From Acidimicrobiales bacterium (GTDB lineage Bacteria > Actinomycetota > Acidimicrobiia > Acidimicrobiales > SZUA-35), in assembly GCA_047638695.1 (NCBI GenBank), contig JBLINY010000009.1:9234-73233 (forward strand): DNA of 64,000 nucleotides, in the 5' to 3' direction. The position numbers were made by a program, and so were the translations under genes. Below, piece after piece: positions 43,419-52,653 of the stretch (the first letter of the stretch is position 1; every line of letters begins with the position of its first letter). The notes below the pieces were generated by a model, which was not told where the DNA came from, searched no databases, and worked only from the letters and a program-made list of their open reading frames with translations.

Positions 43419-44690
43419 GTGAACGAATTACTGCTCCGCCACCGTCACGTCATGGGTCACGATGCGCCTCTTTTCTACGACAGCCCCCTCGAGCTCGTTC
43501 GAGGTGAAGGGGTGTGGCTCGAAGGAGCGGACGGCACTCGCTACCTCGACCTGTACAACAACGTTCCTTGCGTCGGGCATGCCAATCCTCGTGTCGTCGA
43601 GGCGCTGGCCCAACAGGCGGCAACGCTGAATGTGCACAGTCGATACCTACACGAGGGTGTCGTCAGCTACGTCGAGCGATTGGTTGGTTTGCACCACGAG
43701 GGGATCGAAACGGCCATCCTGGCCTGCAGCGGCACCGAGGCCACCGAACTGGCAATCAGAATCGCCAGGGATGCAACGGGCAAACGCGGCATCATCTGTA
43801 CCGACGCTACCTATCACGGCAATTCGTCGCTGGTCAGTCGGTTGTCGTGGCTGCCGGTCGGGACAGAGCGCAGTGGTGTCCGCTCGATCTCGACACCTCA
43901 ACGGTTTCGCCCCTTGGCCCAAGGGCTGAGCGACGACGAACTATGCGACCGGCACCTGGCTCAGCTCGAGCACACCATTGCCACATTTGAGGCAGACGGA
44001 ACCGGTCTAGCGGGCATCATGCTGTGCTCGATATTGGCTAACGAGGGCCTTCCGGTGGTGCCGAGCCGATGGTTCGAGAGAGCCTCGGAGATGGTTCGAG
44101 CAGCGGGCGGGATGATTATCGCTGACGAGGTGCAGGCCGGGTTTGGCCGAAGTGGCAACTGGTGGGGCTACGACACGAGCGGCTTCGTCCCCGACATCGT
44201 TTGCATGGGCAAACCAATGGGCAACGGGTTGCCGTTGTCGGCTGTGGCCGCCGGTCACGATGTGATCACAGGCTTCCGTCAGCGCCATCGCTACTTCAAC
44301 ACCTTCGCCGGTAGCCCCCTGCAGGCCGCGGTGGGTATGGCCGTGATCGATGAGATCACCGATCGTCAGTTGGTGGCGAGCGTCGCTGACGTCGGGCCCG
44401 CATTGCAGACGTCACTCCGAAACCTGCAGCCGGATCATCCACGCATGGGAGATGTGCGCGGCCATGGCTTGTTCATAGGTATCGACTGGGTCCATCCCGG
44501 TACCACCGACCCCGACGTCGAGGGGGCGGCAGCGATGGTCGAGGCTTTGAAGCAGCGCGGGATGTTGCTGGGCAAGGCCGGCCAGCACGGCAACGTCCTG
44601 AAGATCCGGCCGCCGCTGATCTTCGATCACGAGCACGCCGAGACGTTTCTCGCCAGCTTCAGTTCGGCTGTGGCAGATGCTCACGTCTGA
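43419..44690 (+). CDS. Class III pyridoxal-phosphate aminotransferase-fold enzyme (AGXT2L/phospho-lyase-like subgroup possible)
   Basis: GTG 43419 within ORF 43281..44690 gives the N-terminus NELLLRHRHVMG..PLFYDSPLELVRGEGVWL. ADEVQAGFGRSG. PLP-Lys motif DIVCMGKPMGNGLP. Confidence 0.85.
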   Translation: MNELLLRHRHVMGHDAPLFYDSPLELVRGEGVWLEGADGTRYLDLYNNVPCVGHANPRVVEALAQQAATLNVHSRYLHEGVVSYVERLVGLHHEGIETAILACSGTEATELAIRIARDATGKRGIICTDATYHGNSSLVSRLSWLPVGTERSGVRSISTPQRFRPLAQGLSDDELCDRHLAQLEHTIATFEADGTGLAGIMLCSILANEGLPVVPSRWFERASEMVRAAGGMIIADEVQAGFGRSGNWWGYDTSGFVPDIVCMGKPMGNGLPLSAVAAGHDVITGFRQRHRYFNTFAGSPLQAAVGMAVIDEITDRQLVASVADVGPALQTSLRNLQPDHPRMGDVRGHGLFIGIDWVHPGTTDPDVEGAAAMVEALKQRGMLLGKAGQHGNVLKIRPPLIFDHEHAETFLASFSSAVADAHV

Positions 44691-45687
44691 CATTGCGGAG
44701 CGTGACGATGTGTTCGTTGCTGCCGCATGGGAGGCGGTCCCAGCATTCGGCCTACATGTCCGAACCATCACGGTGCTGTCGCGCAGCGAGAACGTGGTGT
44801 GCGATGTGACCTTGAACGACGGTCGCCATGTCGCTCTGCGTCTTCACCGACCCGGATACAACACGATCGAGGAGCTGCGCTCGGAGGTGCGATGGGTGCT
44901 TGCCCTTCGTGATGCAGATTTGCCCGTCCCCGTACCCGTACCCACGGTCGAGGGCCGCTACTACACCTCGATCGCTGTTGCCGGCGAGGTCCGTCATGTT
45001 GGTGTGATCGAGTGGGTCGACGGAGATCCGCTCGGTGGACCGGTAGCAGAATCGACACCGAATGTGGTCGCCCACTATCGGCGGATCGGCCAGCTCTCGG
45101 CCGAGATCCGCTCGCACGGCACCACATGGCAACCACCGACCGGTTTCACTCGACGCCGGTGGGACGCCGACGGGTTGATGGGCACCGACCCCCTGTGGGG
45201 CAAGTTTTGGGAAGCCGAGCAGCTCGACGACTCAATCCGGGCGCTGTTTGCGGAGGCCCGAACCGTCCTACACGTCGAGCTCGCCGCGCTGTCGGTTGAG
45301 AAGGACCGATTCGGGCTTATTCATGCCGATCTGCATCTCGGCAATCTGATGGCCACAGGCCCTGATCTGACCATGATCGATTTCGATGACTCGGGCTTCG
45401 GCTGGTTCGCCCACGAACTGGCTGTTTCCCTGCATCCGGTGAAGGACGAGCTTTGGTATCCCGAAGCCCGAACGGCGCTGCTCGCCGGTTATCGCGACGT
45501 GTGGCCGCTAGATCTTGAGGAGGAGGATCTTGTCGACCTTTTCCTCGTTGTCCGGTCGCTGATGATCGTTGGATGGTTGGCAGCTCGACCGGACATTCCC
45601 GTGTATCACTTCTTTGCGGGTCTGGCCGAAGATGCGGCATCTATGGTGAATCGACATCTTGGCTTGGGGGGCTCGGTCGGCTCGTGA
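44677..45687 (+). CDS. Phosphotransferase (APH / homoserine-kinase-II-like kinase fold)
   Basis: 336-aa ORF. Catalytic loop IHADLHLGNLM and IDFDDSGFGW. 14-nt overlap with the aminotransferase gene. Confidence 0.8.
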   Translation: MLTSDIAERDDVFVAAAWEAVPAFGLHVRTITVLSRSENVVCDVTLNDGRHVALRLHRPGYNTIEELRSEVRWVLALRDADLPVPVPVPTVEGRYYTSIAVAGEVRHVGVIEWVDGDPLGGPVAESTPNVVAHYRRIGQLSAEIRSHGTTWQPPTGFTRRRWDADGLMGTDPLWGKFWEAEQLDDSIRALFAEARTVLHVELAALSVEKDRFGLIHADLHLGNLMATGPDLTMIDFDDSGFGWFAHELAVSLHPVKDELWYPEARTALLAGYRDVWPLDLEEEDLVDLFLVVRSLMIVGWLAARPDIPVYHFFAGLAEDAASMVNRHLGLGGSVGS

Positions 45688-45704
45688 CGGTCTAGGTTCC
45701 GGCT

Positions 45705-46136
45705 ATGGAATTCTCGCAGGATGTTCAGGACTTTCTGGTTCGGCCCCTCCATGCGGTGCTGGCCACCTACGGTCCTGACGGAACAATCTCTCAGTCAGTC
45801 GTGTGGTACCGGGTCGACGTCGATGTGCTGGTGGGTAAGACAGCGAGCGAAACCACGGTGTGGATCAGCTGTCGACCCACGTCGGCCAAGGCCCGGCACG
45901 TGGCCGCCGATCCTCGAGTTTCGCTCTTAGTTCTGGCCCCACATGGTGGGGCCTATGTGCGTATCGAAGGTAAGGCAGTGATCGATGGTTCTGTCTCGAC
46001 GGTCCAACGCCTTGACCTTGTCAGGCCCTACCACGGCGCCGACGCCGAGGCATGGATCACGTCACACCCGTTGCCCTCGCCAAACGCCCTCATTCGGATT
46101 CACCCGGACCGAGTCGTCAGCAGTGGCTCGCTCTAG
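45705..46136 (+). CDS. PPOX-class (pyridoxamine-5'-phosphate-oxidase fold) probable F420-dependent enzyme
   Basis: 143-aa ORF. FLVRPLHAVLATYGPDGTISQSVVWY ... ADPRVSLLV, typical of the split-barrel family. Confidence 0.75.
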   Translation: MEFSQDVQDFLVRPLHAVLATYGPDGTISQSVVWYRVDVDVLVGKTASETTVWISCRPTSAKARHVAADPRVSLLVLAPHGGAYVRIEGKAVIDGSVSTVQRLDLVRPYHGADAEAWITSHPLPSPNALIRIHPDRVVSSGSL

Positions 46137-46149
46137 CCCTTCTAGCCCT
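46132..46149. repeat. 9-bp tandem duplication (TCTAGCCCT x2) containing the stop codon of the PPOX-like gene
   Basis: Copies at 46132 and 46141. TAG at 46134 (real stop) and 46143 (in frame). A further TAG at 46153 is in the +1 frame. Confidence 0.85.
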
Positions 46150-46216
46150 CTGTAGACACATCGGACATAGTTGCGAGCACCACTTCGCATCGGCGGGGTG
46201 AGAATGAGGGGGACAG

Positions 46217-47164
46217 ATGGCATTGAGCGGCTTGCTTGATATCGAGTTGAGCGTTCCGAACCCATCGGAACTCGCCGAGTTTTGGGGACGACGAGGAATG
46301 AGGGCCAGCTCGGCCGGAGTGATGGGAACCGACGACCGCGATGTGCAACTTCGCATCGTCGAAGGCGCCTACCGGCATATGTCGGAGCTTCATCTGGGGT
46401 GTGACACTGAGCAAGATTTGCTGGACATCTCGACGCGGGTTCGTACCCTCGGTGTCGAGGCCACCGTGACGGGAACCACCCTGACGTGCATCGATCCTGT
46501 GTTCAATCATCGCGTTGTCATCGATGTTGCCGTCCCGCATCCGCTCACACCGACCCAGCTGCGGGCGCTCAATCCACCGGGAGAGCAGAACCGGGTTGGC
46601 ACTCGGGCCGATGCGGTGCTGGAGGACGCTCCCCGAACGCCGCGCCGGTTAGGTCATATCGTGATGGGCACGCCTCGGTTCAAGGAAGCGACCGCTTTTT
46701 TCGTCGATGGCCTTGGGTTCAAGATCAGCGATCAGATGATGAAGGGCGTCGCGACCTTCGCCCGGATCGAACAGGACCATCACAACTTGCTCATCCATCC
46801 TGGCCCGACGAGCTATATCAATCACTACGCCATGGAGATGGACGACATCGACGCCATTGGCAAGGCCGGCCAAGCCGTGTTGGGCGAGCGCAACGACGCC
46901 AGCGTTGTTGGCGTCGGCCGTCATGTACTTGGGAGCAACGTCTTCTGGTACATGCTCGACCCGTCCGGGACGATGTTCGAGTTCTTTACCGACATCGACC
47001 AGATCATCGACGACGAGGCTTGGGAGCGTGATCACGCTCGGCGTGACTGGACCCCCGACACCGCACCGTTCTCGGTGTGGGGTCCGAAGGAACCCGAGAT
47101 CTTCTTCAACCCGCCAGACCTGGGCGAGATCGCCGCTGGTCGCCAAGCTGCCGGCCTTCAATAG
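46217..47164 (+). CDS. VOC-superfamily two-domain protein (extradiol ring-cleavage dioxygenase-like)
   Basis: 315-aa ORF with two glyoxalase/VOC modules. LGHIVMGT...FFVDGLGFKISD, HHNLLIH, YMLDPSGTMFEFF. Confidence 0.75.
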   Translation: MALSGLLDIELSVPNPSELAEFWGRRGMRASSAGVMGTDDRDVQLRIVEGAYRHMSELHLGCDTEQDLLDISTRVRTLGVEATVTGTTLTCIDPVFNHRVVIDVAVPHPLTPTQLRALNPPGEQNRVGTRADAVLEDAPRTPRRLGHIVMGTPRFKEATAFFVDGLGFKISDQMMKGVATFARIEQDHHNLLIHPGPTSYINHYAMEMDDIDAIGKAGQAVLGERNDASVVGVGRHVLGSNVFWYMLDPSGTMFEFFTDIDQIIDDEAWERDHARRDWTPDTAPFSVWGPKEPEIFFNPPDLGEIAAGRQAAGLQ

Positions 47165-47228
47165 CAGTGTCGTCCAAGAGCAGTGTCGTCCAAGAGCAGA
47201 GTCGTCCAAGAGCAGAGCCGACGAGGAG
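47165..47228. repeat. 16-bp tandem repeat x3 plus a degenerate 4th copy (CAGTGTCGTCCAAGAG), filling the gap between the VOC gene stop and the next gene's SD
   Basis: Copies at 47165 and 47181 (identical), 47197 (1 mismatch) and 47213 (12/16). The 4th copy contributes GAGGAGG, 5 nt upstream of GTG 47235. Confidence 0.9.
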
Positions 47229-47234
47229 GACCGA

Positions 47235-48380
47235 GTGAGAACCGTCGCTGAGGCGATAGACCAGATCGCAACGGCCTACGACGAACTCGACAAGTACGCG
47301 TTCGTTGCTGAAGAGCTTGGTACCGCGCCAGTTGAGCTCATCGATGTCATGCGAACGCTGCGGGTCCCAATGATCAAGGCACCGCCCGAGGTTGGAGGCG
47401 ACCACCTCCTGCTCGCGGATCAACAGCGCTACTTCGAGTCGTTGAGCTACGCCAACCCAACCGCCGGCTGGATTGGTTTCAATCATGCGGGAGCTGCCGG
47501 GAAGTGTGGCTCAATGCTCAGCGAAGAAGGATGCGAGGCCGTTTTCGGCCCAACAGGGTCACCGTTCCTCGCCGCAGTGGCGGCTCCGTCCGGAACCTTC
47601 GAGGTCGTCGAGGGCGGCATACAAGTGACGGGCACATACAAATTTGCCAGCGGAATCCAACACGCCGAATGGCTGATGGTTCCCGCCATCGAAGCGGCCA
47701 AGCGACCGTCGATGCGCATGGCGGTAGTGAACGCCAGCGACTTCGGAACTGAAGGAGATTGGAAGGTCATGGCTCTGAGGGGCACCGGCAGCGTTGATGC
47801 CGTGCTCGACAAGGCGTTTGTCCCCCAACACCTGACAGCCGATGTTTTTGCTCCGCCAGCTCGTGGTGGCCCGATGTACTCGCTCGGCTATCAGACCTAT
47901 GTGGCTGGCGAGAACCTGGGTTTCACCCTGGGCGTTTGCCAACGATTCATGGACGAGGTTGCCCGCTACGCGACGACGAAATCGCGAGGGTCCGATGGTC
48001 GGTTGGCCGATCGCGGTGCCTTCCAATACGAACTGGGTAAGGGACAGCTTCAGGTAAACGCAGCGCGGGCTTACGGGGCGAAGACGTTGGCCGAAGCCGA
48101 CGGTGTTTGCGTCGCCAACAACGGGCTTACCAAGACCGAGGAGCAGCAGGTCGTGGCCATGATGGCGTTCTCGACCGAGTCAGCAACCAAGGCAGTTAGC
48201 CACCTGTTTCACTTTGCCGGGGCGGGCGCGTTATTCGAAGACAGTGTGTTGCAGCGGTGTTTTCGCGATGTACACGGGTCGTCGCAACATCACGTCGCAT
48301 CGAATGTGGTGTATGACCGCTTCGGCCAAAGTTTGCTAGCCGCAGCCGAGACTGCATTTCTCGAGACGAAGGACTTGTAG
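47235..48380 (+). CDS. Acyl-CoA dehydrogenase-fold flavoprotein (type-2 ACAD/HsaA-like)
   Basis: GTG 47235, preceded by GAGGAGG, inside ORF 46857..48380. The upstream part of that ORF overlaps the VOC gene and the repeat. C-terminal QRCFRDVHGSSQH is ACAD-like. Confidence 0.8.
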   Translation: MRTVAEAIDQIATAYDELDKYAFVAEELGTAPVELIDVMRTLRVPMIKAPPEVGGDHLLLADQQRYFESLSYANPTAGWIGFNHAGAAGKCGSMLSEEGCEAVFGPTGSPFLAAVAAPSGTFEVVEGGIQVTGTYKFASGIQHAEWLMVPAIEAAKRPSMRMAVVNASDFGTEGDWKVMALRGTGSVDAVLDKAFVPQHLTADVFAPPARGGPMYSLGYQTYVAGENLGFTLGVCQRFMDEVARYATTKSRGSDGRLADRGAFQYELGKGQLQVNAARAYGAKTLAEADGVCVANNGLTKTEEQQVVAMMAFSTESATKAVSHLFHFAGAGALFEDSVLQRCFRDVHGSSQHHVASNVVYDRFGQSLLAAAETAFLETKDL

Positions 48381-48383
48381 CCG

Positions 48384-49952
48384 ATGTTCACGCTGAACGA
48401 CCTCTTCCGCTGGCGGGCCGACCTCCACCCAACAGCCATTGCTCTCGTGGATGACCGTGACGATCAGGCCACCTACGGCGAACTGCACGACCGCTCGTTG
48501 CGATGCGCGGCGCGCTGGCAAGCAAGGGGCGTGACCAAGGGAGACGTGGTCGCGCTGCTGGACACGAACTCAGTGGCGTATCTCGTACAGATGCTCGGCC
48601 TCAGTCGGATCGGTGCCATCCCGGCATTGATGAACTGGAGGCTTACGGCGACCGAGAACGAGGGTGTCTTTGACCTCATACGGCCACGAGCCGTAGTCGC
48701 CAACCCGGCTCTGATCAACCGACTACCGGCGCAGCTTCCTGACTTGTTGGTTTCGTTGCACGAAGAGAAGGCGCTGAGTTCGACAGACGCAGCCGGTTCA
48801 CTACACAGGACGTCGACCGTGTGGGAAGTCGAGGATGAGACGAAGGCGCCCGACATCGAATTGCCTCTCTCACCACTCGCAACCGACACGTTCGCTCTGG
48901 CCTTTTCGAGCGGCACCACCGGCCTGCCGAAAGGCATTCCGTGGCGTCATGAGTCGCTGGCCCGCGCAGCCATGGTTGATGGCGCTGGCATCGCAGGCAT
49001 GTCCCTCGGCGATCGGCATCTGCTGGTGGCTCCGATGTTCCATTTGGCCGGCTTCTCGAATGGTCTCATGGGATTGGCCCGGGGATCCGAGGTTCATCTC
49101 CGCACCTCGTTCAACCCCGAGGGGATGCTCGACGACATCGAGGCACTGGCCATCAACTACATGACTGTGGTCCCTGCCATGTTCCGGGCGCTGGTGCAGA
49201 CGGCGAAGCAGAGGCCCTTCCCGCCGGACACCTCCTCAATGCTCGAAATGACCTATGGAGCCTCACCGATCGCGCCCGACCTCGTTCGGGAGGTGCAAGA
49301 ACTATTTCCGAACACCGGTCTTCGCCAGTTCTACGGCATGACGGAGGTCGCTGGCGCACTCACCTCGTTGACCCCTGCCGACCACCTCGACTCTGAGCAC
49401 TCACAGTCTGCCGGCCGGGTCACCCCAGGGTTCGAAGTGAGGTTGGTCGACCGAGCAGGGGACCAAGTGCCCGATGGGATGCCAGGACAGATCATGGTGC
49501 GTTCGACGGCGATCATGACCGGGTACTGGGAAAATCCAGACGCCACCGCCGAGGTCATGATCGACGGCTGGTTTGCCACTGGCGACATCGCCACGCGCAA
49601 AGAGGGCTACCTCACCATGATGGACCGAGCGAAGGACATGATCGTGACCGGGGGTGAGAACGTGTATCCGGCCGAGGTCGAGGCAGTTCTCTACGCTCAC
49701 CCCGACATTCGCGACGCGGCCGTGATCGGCGTGCCAGACGATGCATTCGGCGAACGAGTCCACGCCGTGGTCGTAGGCGACGCTGATTTGGAGTTGGAAG
49801 CGGTGCAAACGTTCTGCCGCCAGCAGCTGGCCGGGTACAAATTGCCCCGCTCACTTACGTTGGTGGCCGAGCTGCCGCGCAACGCCACCGGCAAAATTCT
49901 CAAGCGCGATCTGCGAGCCCCATTCTGGGAGGGGCACAAACACAAGGTCTGA
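48384..49952 (+). CDS. AMP-dependent acyl-CoA synthetase/ligase
   Basis: 522-aa ORF. AMP-binding motif AFSSGTTGLPKG, YGMTE, TGDIA, GYKLPR. Lies 3 nt after the upstream gene. Confidence 0.9.
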   Translation: MFTLNDLFRWRADLHPTAIALVDDRDDQATYGELHDRSLRCAARWQARGVTKGDVVALLDTNSVAYLVQMLGLSRIGAIPALMNWRLTATENEGVFDLIRPRAVVANPALINRLPAQLPDLLVSLHEEKALSSTDAAGSLHRTSTVWEVEDETKAPDIELPLSPLATDTFALAFSSGTTGLPKGIPWRHESLARAAMVDGAGIAGMSLGDRHLLVAPMFHLAGFSNGLMGLARGSEVHLRTSFNPEGMLDDIEALAINYMTVVPAMFRALVQTAKQRPFPPDTSSMLEMTYGASPIAPDLVREVQELFPNTGLRQFYGMTEVAGALTSLTPADHLDSEHSQSAGRVTPGFEVRLVDRAGDQVPDGMPGQIMVRSTAIMTGYWENPDATAEVMIDGWFATGDIATRKEGYLTMMDRAKDMIVTGGENVYPAEVEAVLYAHPDIRDAAVIGVPDDAFGERVHAVVVGDADLELEAVQTFCRQQLAGYKLPRSLTLVAELPRNATGKILKRDLRAPFWEGHKHKV

Positions 49953-49962
49953 CCTACGATCG

Positions 49963-51021
49963 GTGCCCATGAAACTGGGCATGAGCATCAACTACGTCGG
50001 CGACTTCCACGCATCGGTCCAGCAGGTGGTCGAGTATGAAAAAGCTGGCCTTGATGTGGTCTGGGTTGCCGAGGCCTACAGCATCGATGCCGTCAGCCAG
50101 ATCGGCTACTTGGCGGCCAAGACCGAGCGAATCGAGATCGGCTCGGGCATTCTCAACGTCTACTCCCGTAGCGCTTCGGCCATTGCCCAAACGGCCGCCG
50201 GATGTGATTACGTCAGCGACGGACGCTTCATCCTGGGACTGGGAGCTAGCGGACCGCAGGTCATCGAGGGGTTCCACGGAATCCCGTACGAGAAGCCGAT
50301 GAAACGCATCAGCGAGTACATCGACGTCACCCGCATGACACTGCGTCGCGAGCCGGTGGTCTACGACGGCACCACCGTGCAGATCCCATTGCCGGAGGGG
50401 CAAGGGACGGGTCTGGCGAAGCCATTGAAGCTCATCAATCATCCCGTGCGTAGTGAGGTCCCCATCTGGTGGGCGTCGCTCATGCCGTTATCGGTGAAGG
50501 CAACGGCGAAGTCGGCAGATGGCTGGCTACCGGTGTTCTTTGTGCCTGATGAGTTCCAAAAAGTGTGGGGTGACGACTTGAAGGCTGGCACCGCGCAGCG
50601 TGATCCGAGTCTCGGCACCCTCGACATCGGGGCGGGAGCGACCGTGGCGATTGGCGATCAATATGCCGGCCAGGGTGCCGATGCGGTGCTCGACCGAAGC
50701 CGCCCGACGACCGCTCTCTACTGGGGCGGCATGGGTGCACGTGACAAGAACTTCTACAACACCATTGCTCAAAAGTATGGCTACGAGGAAGAAGCCATCG
50801 AGATCCAGGACCTCTACCTGGATGGCCAGAAGGCGGCAGCGGCAGCAGCCGTTCCTCGAGACTTTCTGGAACGAGCAAACCTGGTCGGGCCTGCCTCCTA
50901 TGTAAAGGAACGCTTGGGAGCGTGGAAGGAAGCCGGGGTCACCGTGCTGAATGTGACGCCCGTTGGCGACGACCCCGTTGGCACGCTCGGTACGCTCCGC
51001 CAACTCATGGAAGACGCCTGA
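49963..51021 (+). CDS. LLM-class (luciferase-like) F420-dependent oxidoreductase
   Basis: 352-aa ORF. KLGMSINY....AGLDVVWVAEAYSIDAVSQIGYLAAKTERIEIGSGILNVYSRS is typical of the family. Confidence 0.85.
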   Translation: MPMKLGMSINYVGDFHASVQQVVEYEKAGLDVVWVAEAYSIDAVSQIGYLAAKTERIEIGSGILNVYSRSASAIAQTAAGCDYVSDGRFILGLGASGPQVIEGFHGIPYEKPMKRISEYIDVTRMTLRREPVVYDGTTVQIPLPEGQGTGLAKPLKLINHPVRSEVPIWWASLMPLSVKATAKSADGWLPVFFVPDEFQKVWGDDLKAGTAQRDPSLGTLDIGAGATVAIGDQYAGQGADAVLDRSRPTTALYWGGMGARDKNFYNTIAQKYGYEEEAIEIQDLYLDGQKAAAAAAVPRDFLERANLVGPASYVKERLGAWKEAGVTVLNVTPVGDDPVGTLGTLRQLMEDA

Positions 51022-52196
51022 TGATGAATATTTCTGGTGAGGTGGCCATCGTCGGCATCGCCGAGACCGACTACGTGCGGGGTTCAGACCAGTCGGTTCC
51101 TGAACTGGTGCTCGACGCCACCATGCGGGCTGTCCTCGATGCCGGCATCGACCCCAGCGAAGTGGACGGCATCATTCCACCACCCGGCTTCATCTCCAGC
51201 GAGGAGATCGCAGCAAACCTCGGGGCCTCCGAGATTCGCTATTCGGTCACGCTTCATATGGGTGGCGCCAGCCCAACCGCGGCGCTGCAGTCGGCCGTGA
51301 TGGCCATTGCCTCGGGTATCGCCACCACCGTCGTGGTGACCTACGGATGGAACGGCTATTCGGCCTTTCGCAAGCGACCAGGCACGCGGCCGTCCAAAAG
51401 AAAGATGGACCCGGGGCCGTTCATCGATGTCAGCCGCAACTTCTACGCTCCGTACGGCGTGCAGTCGGCTGTGCAGTGGTACTCGCTATACATCCAGCGT
51501 TACGTCGACCTCTATGGCATCACGCCTGAGCAGGCCGCCCAGGTAGCGCTGACCTGTCGTGAACACGCCCACCTCAACGACAAAGCACTCATGGGCGGTC
51601 GCCCGATGACCCTCGACGACTACATGGCGTCGCCCTACATCACCGAGCCAATGAGAAAGCTCGATTGCTGTCTCGAGACCGACTGCGCAGCAGCCGTGGT
51701 CTTGACCACTGCAGAACGGGCTAAGGATCTGCCGCACACGCCAGTGTTATGGCTGGGCGGAGCTGAGGGCCATCCCTACCCGGCCGACGAGATCACGAAT
51801 CGCCCAGACATGTTGAAGTTGGGTCTCGATTCAGCGGCGCCGAGGGCGTTCGCCATGGCCGGCGTAAAGCCGGCCGACATGGACTTTCTTCAAATTTACG
51901 ATTGCTTCACCTACGTCGTGCTGATGGAACTCGAAGCGATCGGGATGTGCGAGAAAGGAGGCGCAGGTGAGTTTGTCTCTGATGGCAACATCTCGCTCTC
52001 TGGGAAGTATCCGATGAACACCCATGGCGGATTGCTGTCGCAGGGGCATTGCTGGGGACTCAACCATGTGGTCGAGGCCACCCGGCAGCTACGCCACGAG
52101 GGCGGCAGAGCCCAGGTGGCTGACGCCGAACTGGGTGTTGTGACCGGCTATGGCGACCTTGGCGATGGTTCGATAGCCATCCTGGCAAGGGGCTGA
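51021..52196 (+). CDS. Thiolase-like protein (SCP-x / lipid-transfer-protein Ltp type)
   Basis: ATG 51021 overlaps the upstream TGA by 1 nt (inside ORF 50922..52196). VAIVGIAETDY, THGGLLSQGHCWGLNHVVEA. Confidence 0.85.
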   Translation: MMNISGEVAIVGIAETDYVRGSDQSVPELVLDATMRAVLDAGIDPSEVDGIIPPPGFISSEEIAANLGASEIRYSVTLHMGGASPTAALQSAVMAIASGIATTVVVTYGWNGYSAFRKRPGTRPSKRKMDPGPFIDVSRNFYAPYGVQSAVQWYSLYIQRYVDLYGITPEQAAQVALTCREHAHLNDKALMGGRPMTLDDYMASPYITEPMRKLDCCLETDCAAAVVLTTAERAKDLPHTPVLWLGGAEGHPYPADEITNRPDMLKLGLDSAAPRAFAMAGVKPADMDFLQIYDCFTYVVLMELEAIGMCEKGGAGEFVSDGNISLSGKYPMNTHGGLLSQGHCWGLNHVVEATRQLRHEGGRAQVADAELGVVTGYGDLGDGSIAILARG

Positions 52197-52197
52197 C

Positions 52198-52647
52198 ATG
52201 ACGGACTCTGGTGTCGAGAAGGTCAACCGCAAGTACGTCCCCAAGCCCGAAGGACTGAACCTCGAGTTTCACTTGGCCTGCGTCGAGAACGGACTGTTGA
52301 GCCTTCAACACTGCCTCGACTGCGGCGAGTTCCGTCATCCTCCCCGGTGGTACTGCCCCTCGTGTCATTCGGCCAACTACGAGTTCTCACCCGTTTCGGG
52401 CCGGGGCGAGATCTACTCGATGGCCATCAATCACTTCACCATCGACCGCGGCTGGATCGACGACCTCCCGTACATCACGGCAGTCGTCCAGTTGCCCGAA
52501 GGACCCCGAGTGGTCGGCTCGCTGCAAGGGATCGAAAAGAGCGCAGAAGCGGTCGGATCGGTGCCACTCGGTCAACCTGTCCAGATCACGGTCGAGCCCC
52601 GCGGAGACGAATTCGCCTTTCTAGTCGTCGAACGACTGGAAGGGTGA
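52198..52647 (+). CDS. DUF35 Zn-ribbon/OB-fold protein (thiolase-associated)
   Basis: 149-aa ORF. Cys4 ribbon CLDCGEFRHPPRWYCPSCHS followed by an OB-fold region. Starts 1 nt after the thiolase-like gene. Confidence 0.85.
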   Translation: MTDSGVEKVNRKYVPKPEGLNLEFHLACVENGLLSLQHCLDCGEFRHPPRWYCPSCHSANYEFSPVSGRGEIYSMAINHFTIDRGWIDDLPYITAVVQLPEGPRVVGSLQGIEKSAEAVGSVPLGQPVQITVEPRGDEFAFLVVERLEG

Positions 52648-52653
52648 CCGACC

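Noticed and set aside
46857-47234. The N-terminal 126 codons of tracked ORF 46857..48380, and similar 5' extensions of ORFs 7855..9042, 8735..9697, 50922..52196, 61617..63260 and 62848..63741.
   Set aside because: The extensions overlap the neighbouring well-supported genes or the repeat array, and they are compositionally odd. Internal starts give family-typical N-termini, some with an SD or stop/start coupling.
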